DNA from: a bacterium
GTDB lineage: Bacteria > SAR324 > XYD2-FULL-50-16
Length of the DNA stretch: 64,000 nt
NCBI GenBank assembly: GCA_032250835.1
Contig: JAVVEA010000001.1
Span: forward strand, 320,001 to 384,000
Direction of reading: 5' to 3'
This document shows, piece after piece, positions 61,750 to 64,000 of this stretch. The position numbers were made by a program, and so were the translations under genes. Below the pieces are notes generated by a model. That model was not told the DNA's origin. It saw only the letters and a list, made by a program, of their open reading frames with translations, and did not search any database. Positions within the stretch are counted from its first letter, which is position 1. Every line of letters starts with the position of its first letter.

Positions 61750-62616
61750 ATGACTGAACCACCACGCTCCAATAAAGCCCCCTTCCAGCTGATGCAGCTG
61801 ATGTCCACCGCATTTGGGCAATACCGGGCGCAGATCTTGCCGCTATTGGTCTTGAGCCTGGTCAGCTTCCTCCCCTTTTGGGCGATCAGCCAATTCAGCC
61901 AATTTGACTTAGGCGACCTATCGGAACTGTTCCACGGTTTCTTGTTGGATATCTTGGTTTTCTTGGCCTTGCCTACGCTGCTGAGCTTCAACCGGATTTA
62001 CCCGATTGAAACCCTCAAGATCTTCACCAACTTCTTCGCCAGTTCGATCTTGGTGGTGCTGCTGCAGGTTTTCGGGTTGTTCTTTTTGCTGCTCTTTTTC
62101 TCGGGCTTTGGGCTGCCCTTTATGTTTTTTGGTCTCGTGCCTTTTATCTTCATTCTCTTTGTGGGCCAGTTTTCCTTGGTCAACAACGCCCCGAAGATGT
62201 TGGAGCTAAAAGACAACTTCATCGATAGTGTGCTGCTGATCCGCAAGCACTTTTGGGCGGTCTTTGTGGCTTATTTGAACCTATCGACCTTGATGATCCT
62301 GCCGATCCTGATTTTCAGCTTGGTCTACATGCGCAGCCATCCCGAGTTCGTCAAACTGACCGACACGACGGGGCCCATGGACGGCACCGGACTTTTTGAG
62401 GCCATCCAAGCGGTGATGAACGAGACGGGCTACCAAATGGGCCGCATGGGCATCCACCTCGTTTTTCGGCCCTTTAAGGCGCTGGTGATGGGCTTGATTT
62501 TGGCTAAACTGCTGGAGCAGAGCATGCCCGAGAAACACGCAGCCTACTTCAACATCACCGAGCCTCCGGCCGAAGACAACCCTTCGATCGAACAGAGCTG
62601 GAACCCTAAAGAGTGA
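61750..62616 (+). CDS. Hypothetical polytopic membrane protein
   Basis: About 6 Phe/Leu-rich TM segments; GAGG ribosome-binding site. Confidence 0.75.
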   Translation: MTEPPRSNKAPFQLMQLMSTAFGQYRAQILPLLVLSLVSFLPFWAISQFSQFDLGDLSELFHGFLLDILVFLALPTLLSFNRIYPIETLKIFTNFFASSILVVLLQVFGLFFLLLFFSGFGLPFMFFGLVPFIFILFVGQFSLVNNAPKMLELKDNFIDSVLLIRKHFWAVFVAYLNLSTLMILPILIFSLVYMRSHPEFVKLTDTTGPMDGTGLFEAIQAVMNETGYQMGRMGIHLVFRPFKALVMGLILAKLLEQSMPEKHAAYFNITEPPAEDNPSIEQSWNPKE

Positions 62617-62623
62617 GGTCCCA

Positions 62624-63532
62624 TTGGCGACGTTGGACAAGATCGGAAAACCCAAGATTTTAACTGAGTCGGACCGTATTCTGACGGATTTGAGCCAGGA
62701 ATTGGCACAGTTAAAGGACCGGATGAGTCAGCTGGAGACCGAGCAAGAGGAAAGCCGCCACTTGATCGACCAGATCAGCTTTGAAGAGGCACTGGCCAAC
62801 AAGACCATCCAGGTCCAAAAACAAGAGATCACCGCCCATAAAGAGAATTATCAAGTCATTGCCGGGGTGATGCACGACCTAAAAACCCCGGTCAATAGCG
62901 TGATGCAAAACCTGGCGAGCATCATCCAAGAGATCGACGACCTAGAGACCCAAGAAAGCCTAAAGGACTGTATGAATACAGCTTCTAGCGTCTTGGAAGG
63001 CTTTACGGAAGTAGAGGAGTTTTGCCTCTTTGAGTCCGGCGACTTCTTAGCCAAACAAAAAGAAATCAACCTACGCGGATTCTTTACCGAATTGGTCAGC
63101 AACTTCCAGATGGACCCCGCCTTAGGCCGCAAACATAAACTGTCCTTGGTGGTGGATTCAAAGGTGCCCGATTCGCTTTCGGCTTATACCGAAACGCTCA
63201 GCTTCGCGACCCGCTCGCTGATTGAAGAATTGGCGGGCTTAGCGGCGTCTAACAAATTAACGGTCCAAGTAAAGCTAGAAGAAAGCACCCAGGCCCATGG
63301 CTTGGAGTTGTCGGACTTGGTGGTGGAGTTGAAAATTGAAGGGGGGACTTTGTTGGCTGCTGACACCTCTTGGGTCAATTTCGTCCGCGCCCATGGTTCG
63401 AAGTTGCGCCAGAGCGGTTTCAGCCTACTTAAAACCCGCGACCGAGCCCGGCAGACTGGCGGGCATTTAGAGATGATTTCGGGGGAGTCTCATCTAGAAG
63501 GCTTCCGGTTGATCCTTCCGATGACCTATTAA
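62624..63532 (+). CDS. Histidine-kinase-like protein with intact H-box but degenerate ATPase domain
   Basis: Coiled coil, MHDLKTP; N and G1 boxes absent; remnant TGG.L.M.S....F...LP; TTG start. Confidence 0.75.
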   Translation: MATLDKIGKPKILTESDRILTDLSQELAQLKDRMSQLETEQEESRHLIDQISFEEALANKTIQVQKQEITAHKENYQVIAGVMHDLKTPVNSVMQNLASIIQEIDDLETQESLKDCMNTASSVLEGFTEVEEFCLFESGDFLAKQKEINLRGFFTELVSNFQMDPALGRKHKLSLVVDSKVPDSLSAYTETLSFATRSLIEELAGLAASNKLTVQVKLEESTQAHGLELSDLVVELKIEGGTLLAADTSWVNFVRAHGSKLRQSGFSLLKTRDRARQTGGHLEMISGESHLEGFRLILPMTY

Positions 63533-64000
63533 CGGCCAGTTCGCGGTAAAGTCGGCCATCTTCGAGTTGGGGGTAGAGCTTTTGGTAGTCTTGCCCCAAC
63601 TGATCCAATCCCACCCAATCACCTTGGCGGATCGCCCGTTGGGCCAACAACTCCAACCATTCTGGCCGCAGCTGGCTGGCCAGCACCCAAGGGCTTAGCT
63701 GACGGTAAGGCAGTTTCCAGCCCAACCGCTGCCCCAGTTGGCAATAGCTGGTCTTAGGTGAGGGCAGACCCGCGTTTTGTTGTTGGTGGCAAAGCTGGTC
63801 TAGACCCTTCCAGTCTCCGGAAGCAACCTGTTGCTCTACCAGTTGGTCGAGCAGGGTGCTGCTGCTGGGGTAGAGTAAAACCCAACGGTCCATCTCCTCT
63901 GCAGACAGCGGCAAGGATTGCCAGGGTAGATAAAGGGTCTTTTCTCGCATCTGGTGGGCCACTGCTAAGGCTTTGGCGTCCTCTCGCTTCAAAAATTCCA
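63429..64000 (-). CDS. Hypothetical helical-repeat protein, 3' part (runs off window end)
   Basis: Open frame to the window end; repeated GDW.GLDQL motif. Confidence 0.55.
   Translation of the reverse strand, partial: EFLKREDAKALAVAHQMREKTLYLPWQSLPLSAEEMDRWVLLYPSSSTLLDQLVEQQVASGDWKGLDQLCHQQQNAGLPSPKTSYCQLGQRLGWKLPYRQLSPWVLASQLRPEWLELLAQRAIRQGDWVGLDQLGQDYQKLYPQLEDGRLYRELAVNRSSEGSTGSLLDETPPKSSLNARQSAGLGRGF

Overview
A 64 kb, gene-dense, moderately GC-rich chromosomal segment of a diderm, flagellated bacterium. Gene content and divergence suggest a deep-branching delta-proteobacteria-like lineage, but this is inference only. About 60 CDSs, mostly core genes: translation (ffh-rpsP-rimM-trmD-rplS, rpsT, aspS), dnaG-rpoD, ftsA-ftsZ, smc, lptB/lptE, PBP1A, engB, rarA, hemW, metabolism (pgi, monomeric icd, korAB, argG, argJ, alr, folB, thiN, mqnD, pdxB), scattered motility genes (fliL-fliN-fliO, cheZ, FlgT-like) and the end of a glycan locus. 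I found no rRNA, tRNA, CRISPR array, transposase, integrase or prophage genes. The most notable observations are: an intact nucleotide-sugar dehydrogenase lacking its catalytic Cys and other active-site residues; a ChpT-like pseudo-histidine kinase, plus a cytoplasmic kinase flanked by dead REC- and Hpt-like domains; two membrane proteins with degenerate FHA domains directly behind ftsZ; an exact 125-bp duplication of the smc 3' end; a possibly split BatC-like TPR protein; and an apparent excess of CTAG. All family calls come from motif recognition by eye, not database searches, and no clearly novel multi-gene system could be established.
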